Of a stretch of 64,000 bases of DNA, positions 28,404 to 41,650 are shown one piece after another. Position 1 is the stretch's first letter; each line of letters begins with the position of its first letter. A model generated the notes under the pieces. The model was not told the origin of the DNA. It ran no database searches and worked only from the letters and a program-made list of their open reading frames with translations. The stretch covers positions 204,182,640 through 204,246,639 of the forward strand of contig NC_090942.1 in NCBI RefSeq assembly GCF_040807025.1, written 5' to 3'. The stretch is from Struthio camelus. Taxonomy: Eukaryota. Both the position numbers and the translations under genes were made by a program.

Positions 28404-29830
28404 TAAACAGGTCTTATTTCAATGGACCAGTACAGGATAGAGCATTTGCAGGCTACACTGCAAATTATTAATGCTGTGTTTTCATCTTTATTGTGAATAC
28501 AGCTTCCATTACCTAACTCTTTCCACTCCAGTGCAAGATCCTGTTTTTTCTACCAATTATGACTTCATTATAATAGTTGCTATTTACTATAATAGAAGTA
28601 GCTGTTTTGTATTTGTCATGGTGAAGCAATCGGAGAAATGAAGTCAGTATTCACCCAATAGAATTGAGCATAGAAAATGAATTATTTAATTGCAAATAAC
28701 AATTATCAAATCTAAATAAACTTTTAACTTTATTGATCTATATATGTTAACGTACAAAGCTATTATGTGCTTAACTACTGAATGCTTCCTGACCAAGAAA
28801 GATGTATATGTTGTTCAGTACTGCTGTATGTTACGTTTTCGAATGAAGCACTTCAAAGATGAAAGTTCTTTGAGTGAAACTTGAGCTGTTGATCTTTACG
28901 TAGACCATACGACCACAAGCTGCCCTTCCCTTTCCCCCAGCACAATCATATGGCTTAAGAAGTTTTAGCCCCACAAAGATTTTTCAATTCTGCTGTCATT
29001 ATTTTGGAAGAGGAAGTTAGGACACTGGCCTTACTTGGCACCTGCTGCAAAAATGACAGGTAAGGAGTCTTACAAGAGGGAATGGGGAGCATTGCATAAA
29101 GTTGTATAAAGCAGCATTGCTAGTGCTTATTTTGGAAGTAAATGCTCTTTACATCAGTCTTATGATTCCTTAGTAACACAGTTTTTATGCATTAAAGGGA
29201 AAGCTGGGTTATGCACAATCCCGGAAGTTTCAAGGGAAACTACCATTTCTTTTTCCCAGTTTTTGGAAGTTCAAAAATATCCTCAAACTGCTGAGGTAAT
29301 CACATCTCAACTGTATGCAGGTATTCTTCTGTAATACAAAGTCCGTGGTGATTTTTCAGTAGTGTTAAAAATACGTGAAAACCATCTCATAGGCTTTGCC
29401 TATTCACATCTTTTGCTGCTTTAAAAACTTTTAATTATTTCTAAACTAAAATTGATAGTAAAACTATCAATTTTATGTCTCTAAATTTTTCTTAGTGGTG
29501 CTCTCATCTCGAACTGCATAGTTGTAAACTTGTTTGCGCAGTGCATAGCACAGTAATATCCTGCCTTTTGACTCTGTGTTAGTAGGACTAGAGTAATACA
29601 GACACTACTTGGATTTGTGCTAGCTGTGCTGATTCAACTATGCGTAATTTTCAGCAGACTCTGTTAAATTTGTTCCAGGTTGTGTGTGTGTAAACACAGG
29701 CTATAAATGTCTGATTAGATGAACTCTGTGTAAAGTTTCTGGAAAGTGACTTAAACAGGCTTATGAAATGCTGACTGTGACTTTAATGCTGGGTGATACA
29801 ATGGTTTTGGATCCTTTTGATCTGTCAGAT

Positions 29831-29831
29831 T

Positions 29832-29863
<32 letters not shown>

Positions 29864-29869
29864 TTTTTT
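29831..29869. repeat. T-rich (TTTTC-interrupted) tract
   Basis: ttcttttttttttcttttttttttcttttttttttttttt. Confidence 0.9.
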
Positions 29870-32800
29870 AGTTAACTAGTTAAGTCCCATGCATTTGTCA
29901 CTGTTTCTAGGTGAAAGATGATGAGGTTTAGGGGTTTTCCCTTGCTGCTTCAGCAAATTACTTCATAGCTGTTCATGATAAGGTAAAATACCATAAAATA
30001 CTCATGAACTTAGCAACTGTGTAAAACGGTATGTGACTTCTGAATGGAGAAAACTGTATTATTACTTTGATTTTGTTTTCAGACCTCTCGGTATGAACGC
30101 AGTCATTGAGAGTAGAAATCTGAACATCAGAAGGAACCTTCTGCTGTATTAATGCCAACAGATAACAAAATGGATAATTATGGAAATCACTTGCTTATTA
30201 GCTGGCTATTCTGGCTCTCAATTTGACAGGGGGTGTTAGTGAGCGATATAGAGAGTGGGCCAGTAATCCAAATGTGTGACTGAGTTGCTGTTTCATGTAA
30301 GAGTATTTTATTGAATATGTATGACTACAACCTCATAATTATTGCATTATACACAAATTTACAATTTTGTTAATTTCATTCCGTTGTGGAATAGAAATCT
30401 GGGTGGTAGTTGAGAACTTGGTTCCTTTCTGTTGATCACATCCAAAGCTCTTGGAAATCATCGAGAGTCCTTAATTTCTGCTAAGAAAAAAATTGAACTT
30501 CCTTTCATATTAAATGCACAATCTTACATCTAAGAAAGCAATGACCCACCCCCAGTCTACTTTCATGACGTTTACAATGTACTTATCAATTTCAGTGTCT
30601 TCAAATTTGTGTCTGTCTTAAGCTGCATACATAGGTGCAATCCTTGCAGTTTCTCTTCAGATATTTTCAAACATATGCATCATCCCCCAAATAGTTAAGA
30701 AATAATTCAACTTCTGTATGAGTGAAGTCTTGTATTACAGGCAAAATAGAAGAAATGTGTCCCTTGAACATAATATTGTCACTGGTACTTTTTTGTTGTC
30801 TAGTCAGCACTAACTGCCCCTATTTCTTATTTTTGGAGATCTGATTACTATGTTCACATTCCTCATTCTGTTCAAGGTGCTTACTTCAGATATGTTATCG
30901 CTTGTAAACTGAAAAACATAAAATAGATGTAAAAATTTTTAGTCTTTTTCAAGGAAAATGAATGCCTTGTTGGCTAAGTTCCTGTTGTCCTTTGTTTCTA
31001 GGACCTTAATTTTGCTTTGTGAGCCTAATTTTGGTAGTGTTTATTTTTTTCCTCAGATGTTTGTGTGTACATATCCTTCAAGGAAAATTTTGTAAACATA
31101 GGATTGGAAAATAGTATTTTGGAGTTCTTCTCCTGTGATTGCTGGCAGCCACGCAATGATGTCCACTTGATACTTGATCGCTTAATCTCTGATGGTTTTA
31201 TTGTTGCTAATGTACACTTTTGGCTTCAGCAGGGTCTACTTGTGATTAAGGTGAGCAAGGTTCAGCCAGACTTGAGTAAAGACTAAGAGAAAAAGGAAGA
31301 GGACTTTGATCCTCTCCTCCAAAAAGATTGTTTGACCATTTAAAAATGTTTAGCACTGTATCTTCTGTTAGTACTTTGATGGTCACCGTTGTTATCTGTT
31401 ACCTTTTAATAGGAAGTCCTGAACAAATGCAGATAGGAACACAGCTCTGCAGATCATCTGTCTTGGGGGTTCCCTTTGTTAACCTCTGGTAAATGACCAC
31501 AAGGGATTGTGTGTTATCCTGAGAGCAACTCGGAACTGGAATTCGTCCTTTCTATGTGACGGATAGTGGGCATGCTACTCGCAAAGTGATACGTATTCCT
31601 GCTGATGCACAATGCCCTATGGTCCACTTCAGTGGAAGTCCAAATTTACCTATGCTGCTGTTCTATGTCACTAGGTAATTTTTTAAGTAGACATAAAGTA
31701 AAGGGGAAAATGAGGGTATTATGAAGGGAAAGCTCTTTGTTACAATAGCCAGCAAAGGGTTTACCCTGTTAATTAAAAAAGGGCGGGGGGTGAGCTACCT
31801 GTTTTCTCAGTCAAGACAGTGAAGCTGCACAGCTATGTATGCTCTGAGAAGGAAGCAACAGTATCAGCATGCGAGATAAATGTAAAAGGTGCTTCAGTGT
31901 CACAGATTGTCATGGCTTTCTGTTTCTGCTGGGTATGTTGCTCTGGCAGTCTGGAGCTTGTCTCTCATACCAATTTTGTATCGGGAAGATGGGGAATACT
32001 ATGCTAAGCTGAATGTGTATAACTTGTGAGTTAGGATAGCTTGTACTGAAGAGCTTGATTTTCCTTTTTCTTTGACAATGGCACAGTATATGCATAGTAC
32101 TGTATTGCTTCATCTTATGTGCTTGCAAAGCAGTGCATCTGTTCTTTTCAGAATATGCATGTTTATCATGCTATCAGCCATTTAGAATATTTCAGATTCA
32201 TTTTACCAGGAACCTAATCCACTTACTGAGCTTTAATTATTTTTTAGAATAATTAAAAGCTTTATTTGAATGAAGAAGATTCAGTGTCTGTTACTTGAAA
32301 ATAACTGTTTGGCTGTGTTTCTGCTCACTCTCATGATTTCCTTTCTCAGCATTAGCTGCCAGGTTATGTTCAGGTCTAAGAGTAATTGCTGTTAATTAAA
32401 GTGTTTCATGACACTTTTAGGGTAGAGTGACTGGAATGATCTTTCATTTCCTGTGGGGATAGAATTTTGAAGAAACAGTCCAGCAGTGGATATGTATTCT
32501 TAAAAATCACTCTATATAATCTTTTTGTAAATAGTGATGGTAAATGGAGTAATCAGTAACACTACCATATGATCTTGCTGGCTGGTTTTAGGGGTCATTT
32601 TCAAAAACATAGCAAGCAGATTTATTTGGGAGTTTAGCTACAACTTTGTCACTTGCATCTTCATTTTAGTTGCGAAGAATGTGGCTCGCTGCATTCTCTT
32701 CACTAAGTCTGAGTGGCCAAGAAAGAGAAAACACTATGTACTGGCTGTTAACAGAAGCTGGAGAGACTGTTAAGTTATTTGGGGGAGTTCAGCCTTGCAG

Positions 32801-35800
32801 TTTGTTGTTGGGGGGGTGTGTGTCTAACATTAGATTTTTGCATCATATTGAAATGCAGACTGAATATTTGGCAGTTTGTCATTGTGGTTTCCTTTTAAGA
32901 AGCATACGTTTAATTTTCAGTCACTGAAGTAATTTCCCCGTTTGGAGGTGATGTCTCTGGTCTCTGTCCGCATTGTAACTCTGTCCAGACATCAATTCTA
33001 GCCTGATCTCGAGTTTGACAGTCATATCTATGGTGATGCTGTACCTGACCTGTTAACTGATTTTAATAGTAGGGGCTTGCTTATAAAGGATAGTAGGCTG
33101 TGGTCTGTAATACCTGTTTTTAATAAGAAAGTATTCATCCAGCGGAAAGTCTGTATTATGGAATAGATAATAGAATTTTTGAAGTTGGGTACTTCCAACT
33201 TTGCAAAGTTCAGTAGTTGGTGAAGCAAGCTACCCCATGGAAAAACAAACAAAAGTGTGGAAGGGAAGTAAAAGGGAGAATTGATGAACTTATTGCAACT
33301 TTTAATAGGACTCGGTCATTAAATTGAATTGCGCCAACTCTGAAATCATATTTAGTCTGAGCTGCTAGCTTCAGACATTCTTCAGCGGTATCTTATAAGG
33401 TGAATGTTGCCCTTGTTTTAAAGTGTGGAATAATTTGCACGTGTCACTTCTGAGTTGCTTTTTGAGGCTGTTTGTTAAGTGAAGCTAGCCTAATAGGTGC
33501 AACTCGTGTATGGCTTTCCAAAGTAATTCTTGCAATAACAGATACCTTGCAAGATATGCCAGCAGTTTCTGAACTTCGAGCTGGACCTCAGGATGCTGGT
33601 AAATGTTTTATCAAAGAGCATACAGAGCTGCTCTTGTGCTGCTGTTGTGATCAGAGGCTCTCCAGTCAGTCTTCGACGTCTTTAGGGTTCCTTAGCTATG
33701 CAGCATGTTTCTGTTTCCCCAGCCTGAGTCATGGGTTGGGTTAAACCTATCAAACATTGCAGTACTTGCATATTATTTTAAGTTTGAGGTACGTGTGGAG
33801 ACGCAATTTTTAATCAAGGGAGGAGGGAGGGAATGTGTATGTGTAAGTGAGAGTTGTTTTGAAGCCTAAATGACTGGGAGAGGGAGCTACTGAAGTTTAA
33901 ACACTTCTGAATTACTATTTTGCATGTAGAATCTGGAAGAAGATGCTCAGAGTTATCACTATGTAGAGCTCTGAATATATTTACAATAGTTTTAATATAT
34001 ATATTAATAAAAGTAGGAAAAGAATTATGCTCTGACTTGTTCAAAGTTGTAACCACATTTACTGCAAATGCAAGGAAATTATTACAGAAGATTTAAAATG
34101 GCAAATGTCTTTGATATCAATTTCTAATACTTTTTAGCTTTTAGTATTGAAATATATTTTAGTGCATGTAATTCTGCTCTAAGATGTTATTATACAATAG
34201 GACATTTTACTCAATTTGTATCTCATGTAATTCGGTTGTATTGCTTTTTTATAGGTAGTTTACCTACCTATTTTAAGTATGAGGAGAGTCTATTTCTGCT
34301 TTCATACCTTCAAGACAAGTGCAGTGAGAATAGTTATCTCACATTTCATTAATAACACTGTGTGATGTGCAGGGATCCCAATTATTTCAGTAGCAAAGCA
34401 TGAGAGGGATGATACTTTTGGTCTTGTGTATCGGCAGACCTAGCAGAAAACAGTCTTGTTTGAGTATGTGTGTTTTAAACACCCTCCAATGAGAAGATGA
34501 AACTTAGGACGAGTGCCAGGAGTGTCCACAGAACAGACCTGCACTTACTGCACTTCAAGCTGAAATAAGAAAATGTAGGAACTTGTTATGGTTCTTGAAC
34601 CAACTAGTTGTTAAACATAGGGGAGTGAGATTCAATTTAAAATCTTCAGAGTAGAGAATTCTACATACATGCAACTACATGGTAAGAATGACTAGAGAAT
34701 AAATGGATTTGTCTGATACTGTAAAGTCTCACTAAGACTTATTTCCCTGTTAAAAAGTGGGTATTTGAAAAAAGAAGCTGTTGTATTTTCCAGTTTGTTT
34801 AAAATGTTCTGCTTGTTTACTGTCTCTTTATTTTTTAGGTTACTATTACAATATTAAAATGCAGATGAAGACAGGCTTGTGCAGAATCCTTCTGCTGCCT
34901 TATGAGTACATAAAGGAAAGATCCTAAACCAAGTTTTAGTATAAGGTATGTATTAGGATATTTAGCTTTTTTCAGCAATTACTGAAATTAGGAATCTACC
35001 TTTTGTTCACATTTGCCATTTGATTATATACTTGAGCTAATACTTGCTTTCAGATAATAACGTCTGTTCTTTGCATAGTTCCTGTCATACATTAATGTTT
35101 TCGAAGTACTTGAAGTATGTGTACACAGCCTTTTGCAGACAGCTCAAAATCTGGCTAGCCCTAATGCCTCTTATCCCCAAAAGCCATATGCTACACTAAT
35201 GCAGCTATGCCCAAGCTAATGGATTTTCTTGATGCCTTGCGTTGAGAATCCAGTTTGTATGAACACCATTGTAGTTTCCAGATCTGAACCATCTTTGGGA
35301 TTAGCAGGGAGGCACTGTGGGAAGAATCTGACTCTTGGTCTGAAAAGCTGTTTACTCTGTAAAACCTGGGATGGAATTCAGTTGCGTTGCACATAGGGAT
35401 TTAGTGAAATCTACCCTAGGTGTTGGCAGCGTCTGTGTGGGACTGACAGATACAAGTTTTAATAGGAGATTGATACAATTTGGTTTAGTAGTTCTAAATT
35501 TCCAAAACATCAGTTACTTTCATAAAGTACAAATCATTTGAAATACTGATGGGATTTAATTTAGATTTGCAAGTTGTACTGATACAATGAGGAATTTGGG
35601 TAAGCTCTCTTTTGTGTTCATGTTTGGCCTAGTGATCATCATATGAGAGCTGTCTCTATTTCTCTATTTACTGTTAACACATCTATAATCAAGGTATAGT
35701 CTGTAATACTCAGTACATCCTTCTTTGCTATCAGAAGGGTTCTTTTCTTCATTTTTTACCGATTTCCAAGTCAGCTGGCAAATTAAGTGTGGGAAGCAGT

Positions 35801-38800
35801 AAAACCTGCGAGAAGTATAAACATTGCAGGGTCCTTATTCATTCTATAGAAAAGCATAGGAAGAAAAGGGCAAAAATGAGAAAGATTTTTTTGTGCAATA
35901 ATATATCTCAAACTGTACTGTGAATTACAACTAATAGTGGAAAATTTTGTATGTGGTCTTTGATTCTCAATACGAAATAATTCCAGATTACTACCTGAGA
36001 GAGGTAGAATTAGATAATTACGCTCCCCACAGAAGCTCTGTCTCCTTTTTGTACCTCTTTCTACCTGCAGTATCTTGTTATATCTGTCACTTAAGTAGCA
36101 CTGCTCTGTAAATGATTTTTCAGTTTCCTCCATGTGTGGCTCAGATAAAGAGTTGGAGCTCTCCTCCCTAGTGTTCAGGTGCACCCCAGTAACTTGCTGC
36201 ATGCCCGAGTGCCTGCTGCTGGCTACTGGAAGTCACGTTGTCTCTCCTGAGCCCTGTAGTACTAACTCCCATCTCACCCCTGCAGTGGAAACTGGGGGCA
36301 CATACTTCTTACCCATTAAAGATGGTGGTGCTGAGGAGCCAGGATAACTGGCAGGCGCTATGGGTTTGCTTTGCTCATTGCTAAGGGGTTCCTTGTTATT
36401 TTCTAGTTGCTGCAAAATTGTAATATAACAAAACTAAAAACATTGATTCACAAGGTCTAAAGCAGACAATACAGCTAAAACTCCCCCTTACCCCCCTGCA
36501 AACAATGAAGTGGTAGTAGGAAAAGCACTTGATTTATGTATACTAAGTTTAAATCATGAGAGGTCTTTCTGTCCAGCTGACCATTTGTCTCGACCGAGTA
36601 GCTGTTAGGAATTCAATGGTTTTGCTGATCCCTACATATCAGACTGCAGCCGTGCAAAAGAGCTATTTGAGAGCCTCCACGGAGAAGGTTAGCTTAGTCA
36701 TTGTTTGGCAAGCTTCCCGGGAGTGACAGAATTTTTCTCCCCTCACTTCTTCTGTTTCCTTCCTGTGAAGGGAAGAGAGGATGGCCAGGGTGACTTGCAG
36801 ATACAAGTGTTTCTTTGATGAGCTAAATAATGACTCTTTGTCTCAATGGAGTAATAAAATCCTTTCCTCCTTTCCCCCACTATTCATTTGCATGTGCACA
36901 CTTCATGTTACAGTCCCAGACTGTAGTGTGAACCTGCCTAGCAAACCCCAACACCCTACTTAAATTGCAATAAAAGTTGAGAAAAGATGAGATTGAAATG
37001 TGACTGGATTGGATTGTACCTGGGACATACTGTGCAAATGCAAACTGTACGACTTTGCAAAAGACTGTGGGAGAGTGAGCCAAGTCAGTCAAAATTACAC
37101 CTGCTCAGTTTGGTCTTTCTCAACCTTTCGATGAGCAACGTTTTGAAGAGATGAATGCTGGCTTCAATATAGGTGTCATTACTTTACCTTCTTCAACTTT
37201 AGAAATAAATTTGCATACAGTTTTGTTATACCAGAAAGTCTACTGGGCTCTGATTTAATTTTTAGTGAAGTTAAAATGTTCTGTCAGTCTTTCTGCTGCT
37301 GAAATACCTAAAATGTAGTAGAGAATTCTAGACAACTGCTTGACAGTGCTATTTAGAAAAGCATAAGCATTTCCCACCTATTGATCTATCCGACTGTATT
37401 TGCTAGTATTTTTGCAAGTTTCTCTCTAGTTTGCTATTTGCTGCAGATCAGTTACAGAAATACTTTCTCAGGCAGTTTTTTTTTTTTTTTTAATCACCGA
37501 GTATCTCTTGTAACTCTTCACCCTGAATCTTACTTCCTGAAAATGTTGTTCTACCTTGCATTAGGTTTTAATGAAAGCTACTGGTGGCTGTACGGCCTTG
37601 AAAACGGAAGATAACTTTCTGCTATACCACGAGATTGTGTGCAAAAATTTGTTCTTCAAGTCAGAATTAAAAGAACCGTCTGGGGTGAGAATATATGTTT
37701 TTAGTCATAGAACATATACAGCAGCTGGGATTTTTGTGATGAAACCTGTGTCCTGGGTACTAGATTAGCAATCCATTTGAGTTTGTTTGCCTTATTTGTC
37801 TGTGCAACATCTGTGTTTTTTCCTTCATTGTTCTCTATGCCCTTGGACACTCAAGTAATCCTATTATCCACTAAAACTGTAATTAAATCTGTGGCGCCTA
37901 GCTGAACAGCAGAGGGGGATGAATTCATAAGTCTCACTTAAGCTGTATTTTTTTTTTTTTTGGACAGTTTTAGTAGTCCTGCAGACCTGAGCAAATAGGG
38001 CCAAAGAATTATTTGGGAAATGTAAAATGATGGGAGAGTAATCATCAGCATGGAGACTTATCAGTACCGATCTGTTTACCTGGTTTGCTCCCCCCACCAA
38101 CCACCCTAGATTGAAAAAGAAGCACTGGGAAAATCTCATGATATTCAAGATACCTTTTCCTCTCTGAGGAGGAGACAAGTTACATTTACAACAACGGTGG
38201 TGATATCCAGGGTTAAGCAAAGTCAAGCATTTTATAACAAAACTGATGTGAGACAACTTTGATGTCTAACTTAGGTTTTGACTCCTGCTACAGTCTAGAC
38301 TGTACTAGTAGGTTGCTTTAATTTTCAGGTCTTCAGTACTGGTTTCTGGGAAATGGCATTGTTAAAAGGATTTAAATTAGTACATGCTACAACTGGAGTC
38401 AAGGTAAATGATGCATTAAAATACTGTTTCTAGGTTAAATTTTTTTTGATTAATAAACATTATTGGAGGTACGTAAGAAAATATTTTAAAGCACTAATAT
38501 ATAACAAAAGAAGAGAAAGTACAGTGCTTCTTGTATTTAAACAAAAAAACAATACTCTGGATTTTGTTTAAGCTGCAGTACCAAGTTTAAAATGGAACAG
38601 TAATAGTAGTTACTCAGTGAATTTAGAAGAACTCTGAGATGATGTTAACCAACTGGGACATTAAAGCTGCAGTGAGATTTCACTCTCTATGCAGTTAAGT
38701 TTCATACTTGCATGTTATGATAAAAATGATGCTTTTTGTCTTAATGTGGCCAAAGAAAAGACGAACAATGAAAAACAATGAAATGAAAATTAATTTTGAT

Positions 38801-38934
38801 GCATAAGATTTTAACACTGTACTGTAACATATCACCAGTGTAACTATATATTTTTTAGGGTTTCTGTTTCTAATAAAACTATTTCAAATTAATTTGTGAA
38901 TTACAGGGTGTTTGTTTTGCCTTCTCCAAAATCT

Positions 38935-39650
38935 GAAAAGGCAGCCTACATGAATAGAGGGACTGTCAGCAACCTCATGAAGGTCAGCAAAGGGAAATGT
39001 AAAGCCCTACACTGGGGACAGCGTAACTTCGTGCAGTAATGTAGTCTGGGCCCAGACGGGCTAGGAAGCAGCTTTGCAGAAAAGGATCTGGGTGTCCTGA
39101 TGGAGAGCAAGTTGAAGGTGGCCAACCATGTCATGGGCAGTATTAGCAAGAGTGTAGCCAAGCAGGTTTAAGGGAAGTGATCTTTCCTCTCTTCTCGTCA
39201 CTTCTGAGACTGCAGCTGGAGCACTGTGTCCAGTGTTGGGCTCTTTGGGACAAGAAGGGTGTATGGAAGTGAGTCCAGTGGAGGCGACTGAGATGACAAT
39301 GGGCTGGAGCATATCACCTAAGTGGGGAGAGAGAGCTGCGTCTAGTTCAGTTTGTAAAACAGAAAGGTGGGCATGGGTGGGAAAATCTTACCGCTGTCTT
39401 CTACTACCTAATGGGAGGGTGTAGAGAAGAGGAAGCCAGGCTCATCTTGGAGGTGCTCAGACAGGGTAAAGGGTGACAAGATGCAAATTGAAACAAGGGA
39501 AATTCTGCTCTTAGGAGAGCATGTGGGGACTGCAACAAGTTACTTGGAGAGTTTGTGGAACTTCCACTCAAAGCTCAACAAGCCCCTGCATAACCTGAAG
39601 GTAGCACTGATATCCTTCAGGAGGTTCTCTCCAAACTTTTTTTATGAATA
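38935..39650 (+). mobile_element. CR1 LINE fragment A (older, degraded 3' end of ORF2 plus 3' UTR)
   Basis: The plus-strand translation contains stops and frameshifts. It reads NLMKVSKGKCKALHWGQRNF...AEKDLGVLMESKLKVANHVMGSISKS...LEHCVQCWAL...NGLEHIT.. ending in LESLWNFHSKLNKPLHNL. These are recognisable homologues of the CR1 ORF2 C-terminal peptides NLMKFNKGKCRVLHLGRNNP...[13 protein letters not shown]...HLEYCVQFWAP...LEIFKTRLD. Confidence 0.75.
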
Positions 39651-41329
39651 TGTACACTGGGAATGAGGAAGTCTTCTACAATTTTCTGTGTATTCAGGAT
39701 ACAGAGAAGGCAGAGTTATTGAATGCTGCCTTTGCTTCAGTCTTCACTGCTAAGGCCAGCCCTCAGGAATTCCAGACCCTGGAGACAAGAGAGGAAGTCT
39801 GGAGAAAGGAAGACTCTCCCTTGGTGGAGGAGGATCAGGTTAGAGATCTTTTGTCCAAACTTGACATCCATAAATCCATGGGCCCTGACGGGATGCATCT
39901 GCAAGTGCTGCGGGAGCTGGCGGATGTTATTGCTAGGCCACTCTCCACCATCTTGGAAAGGTCCTGGAGATCAGGAGAGGTGCCTGAGGACTGGAAGAAA
40001 GCCAATGTCACCCCAGTCTTCCAGAAGGGCAAGAAGGAGGAGCCAGGAAACAACAGGCCTGTCAGCCTCACCTCCATCCCTGGAAAGGTGATGGAACAGC
40101 TCCTCCTGGAGGTCATCACTAAGCATGTGGAGGACAAGAAGGTGATCAGGAGTAGTCAGCACGGATTCACCAAAGGGAAATCATGCTTGACCAATCTGAT
40201 AGCCTTCTATGACGGAATGACTGGCTGGGTAGATGAAGGGAGAGCAGTGGATGTTGCCTGCCTGGACTTGAGCAAGGCTTTGGACACTGTCTCCCATCAC
40301 ATCCTCCTAGGTAAGCTCAGGAAGTGTGGGTTGGAGGAGTGGCCAGTGAGGTGGCTTGAGAACTGGCTGGATGGCCGAGCTCAGAGGGTTGTGGTGAATG
40401 GCGCAGAGTCAAGTTGGAGGCCTGTGGCTAGCGGTGTCCCCCAGGGGTCAGTCCTGGGTCCAGTCTTGTTCAATGTATTCATCAATGACCTGGAGGAAGG
40501 GACAGCGTGCACCCTCAGCAAGTTGGCTGATGATACTAAACTGGGGGGCCAGGGGGTGACTGACACACCAGAAGGTTGTGCTGCCATTCAGAGGGAGCTG
40601 GAGAGGCTGGAGAGGTGGGCGGAGAGGAACCTCCTGAAGGTCAACCAAGGCAAGTGCAGGGTCCTGCCCCTGGGGAGGAATAACCCCATGCACCAGTACA
40701 GGCTGGGGGTTCACCTGCTGGAAAGCAGCTCTGCAGAGGACGTGGGAGTCCTGGTGGACAACAAGTTAAGCGTGAGCCAGCAGTGTGCCCTTGTGGCCAA
40801 GAAGGCCAATGGTCTCCTGGGGTGCATTAGGCAGAGTGTTGCCAGCAGGTGGAGGGAGGGGATCCTGCCCCTCTACTCAGCCCCTGTGAGGCCTCACCTG
40901 GAGTGCTGTGTCCAATTCTGGGCTCCCCAGTACAAGAGAGACATGGCACTCCTGGAGAAAGTCCAGTGGAGGGCTACAAAGATGATTAGAGGGCTGGAGC
41001 CCCTCTCCTCTGAAGAAAGACTGCAAGAGCTGGGCCTGTTTAGCCTGGAGAAGAGAAGACTGAGAGGGGATCTCATCAATGTGTACAAATATCTGAAGGG
41101 GGAGTGTCAAGAGGATGAGGCCAGCCTCTTCTCCGTGGTGCCCAGCAACAGGACAAGAGGCAACGGGCAGAAACTGAACCACAGGAAGTTCCATCTGAAC
41201 CTGAGAAAAAACTTCTTCACTGTGAGGGTGACTGAGCATTGGAACAGGTTGCCCAGAGAGGTGGTAGAGTCTCCTTCCCTGGAGACATTCAAAAGCCGTC
41301 TGGATGTGATCCTGGGCAATATGCTCTAG
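39644..41329 (+). CDS. CR1 ORF2 reverse-transcriptase remnant (561 codons without stop; not a host gene)
   Basis: Same evidence as CR1 fragment B. The frame is open from the truncation point to TAG at about 41330. Its openness suggests a relatively recent insertion, but with no 5' half it cannot be autonomous. Confidence 0.85.
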   Translation: MNMYTGNEEVFYNFLCIQDTEKAELLNAAFASVFTAKASPQEFQTLETREEVWRKEDSPLVEEDQVRDLLSKLDIHKSMGPDGMHLQVLRELADVIARPLSTILERSWRSGEVPEDWKKANVTPVFQKGKKEEPGNNRPVSLTSIPGKVMEQLLLEVITKHVEDKKVIRSSQHGFTKGKSCLTNLIAFYDGMTGWVDEGRAVDVACLDLSKALDTVSHHILLGKLRKCGLEEWPVRWLENWLDGRAQRVVVNGAESSWRPVASGVPQGSVLGPVLFNVFINDLEEGTACTLSKLADDTKLGGQGVTDTPEGCAAIQRELERLERWAERNLLKVNQGKCRVLPLGRNNPMHQYRLGVHLLESSSAEDVGVLVDNKLSVSQQCALVAKKANGLLGCIRQSVASRWREGILPLYSAPVRPHLECCVQFWAPQYKRDMALLEKVQWRATKMIRGLEPLSSEERLQELGLFSLEKRRLRGDLINVYKYLKGECQEDEASLFSVVPSNRTRGNGQKLNHRKFHLNLRKNFFTVRVTEHWNRLPREVVESPSLETFKSRLDVILGNML

Positions 41330-41388
41330 CTGCCCCTCCAGGCACTAGGTCATCTCTAGAGGTTCATTCTGACCTCACCCATTCTGTG
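39651..41388 (+). mobile_element. CR1 LINE fragment B (younger, 5'-truncated; complete RT domain to 3' terminus)
   Basis: An uninterrupted 561-codon frame carries hallmark CR1 ORF2 motifs ([111 protein letters not shown]). The 3' end has the CR1-typical octamers cATTCTGAcctcaccCATTCTGTGtttcat at about 41365-41388. There is no endonuclease domain or ORF1, so the copy is 5'-truncated. Confidence 0.95.
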
Positions 41389-41510
41389 TTTCATAGCAGT
41401 GCTGTAAAATACCTGAGCCTTTGAAGTCTCTCACTAAGGCAAAAAGAGCATTTGCAGTCAACGCTGAGCTAAGTGGAACAGTGACTGTCCTCTGTTCCTC
41501 ACTTATTGCT

Positions 41511-41650
41511 GCCCCCTCCCCTTTTTTTTTCCCAGGAGGTTTTTTTTTTTTCCCCCCCACCCTTCTTTCCTTGTTGTCAGCATGTTCTGCTTTTTTTTGG
41601 TAAGAAAAGGAAGGAAGAGGTAAAGTCTCTCTTTTTTTTTTCCCCCCCCT
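41511..41650. repeat. Pyrimidine-rich low-complexity block (T9-T11 and C7-C8 runs) flanking the CR1 3' end
   Basis: ccccctcccc T9 cccaggaggt T11 C7 ac ... T10 C8. A G11 run follows at 41764-41774. Confidence 0.85.

Noticed and set aside
31065-31286. 73-aa plus ORF in a moderately GC-richer intergenic patch; considered as a possible small gene or repeat (SINE-like)
   Set aside because: No splice context, no recognisable family, and birds lack abundant SINEs. There is insufficient evidence to call anything.
35783-36202. 139-aa minus-strand ORF in intergenic DNA
   Set aside because: It has no recognisable domain, no splice signals in a consistent frame and no compositional signature of an exon. 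It overlaps the GC-rich island noted above, which reduces stop codon frequency. This is most likely a chance ORF.
39723-41424. Numerous overlapping plus and minus ORFs inside the CR1 element (for example 39723..40091, 39835..40137, 40448..40714, 40877..41239)
   Set aside because: These are alternative-frame and antisense artefacts of the GC-rich CR1 ORF2 sequence. Only the 39644..41329 frame carries RT motifs.
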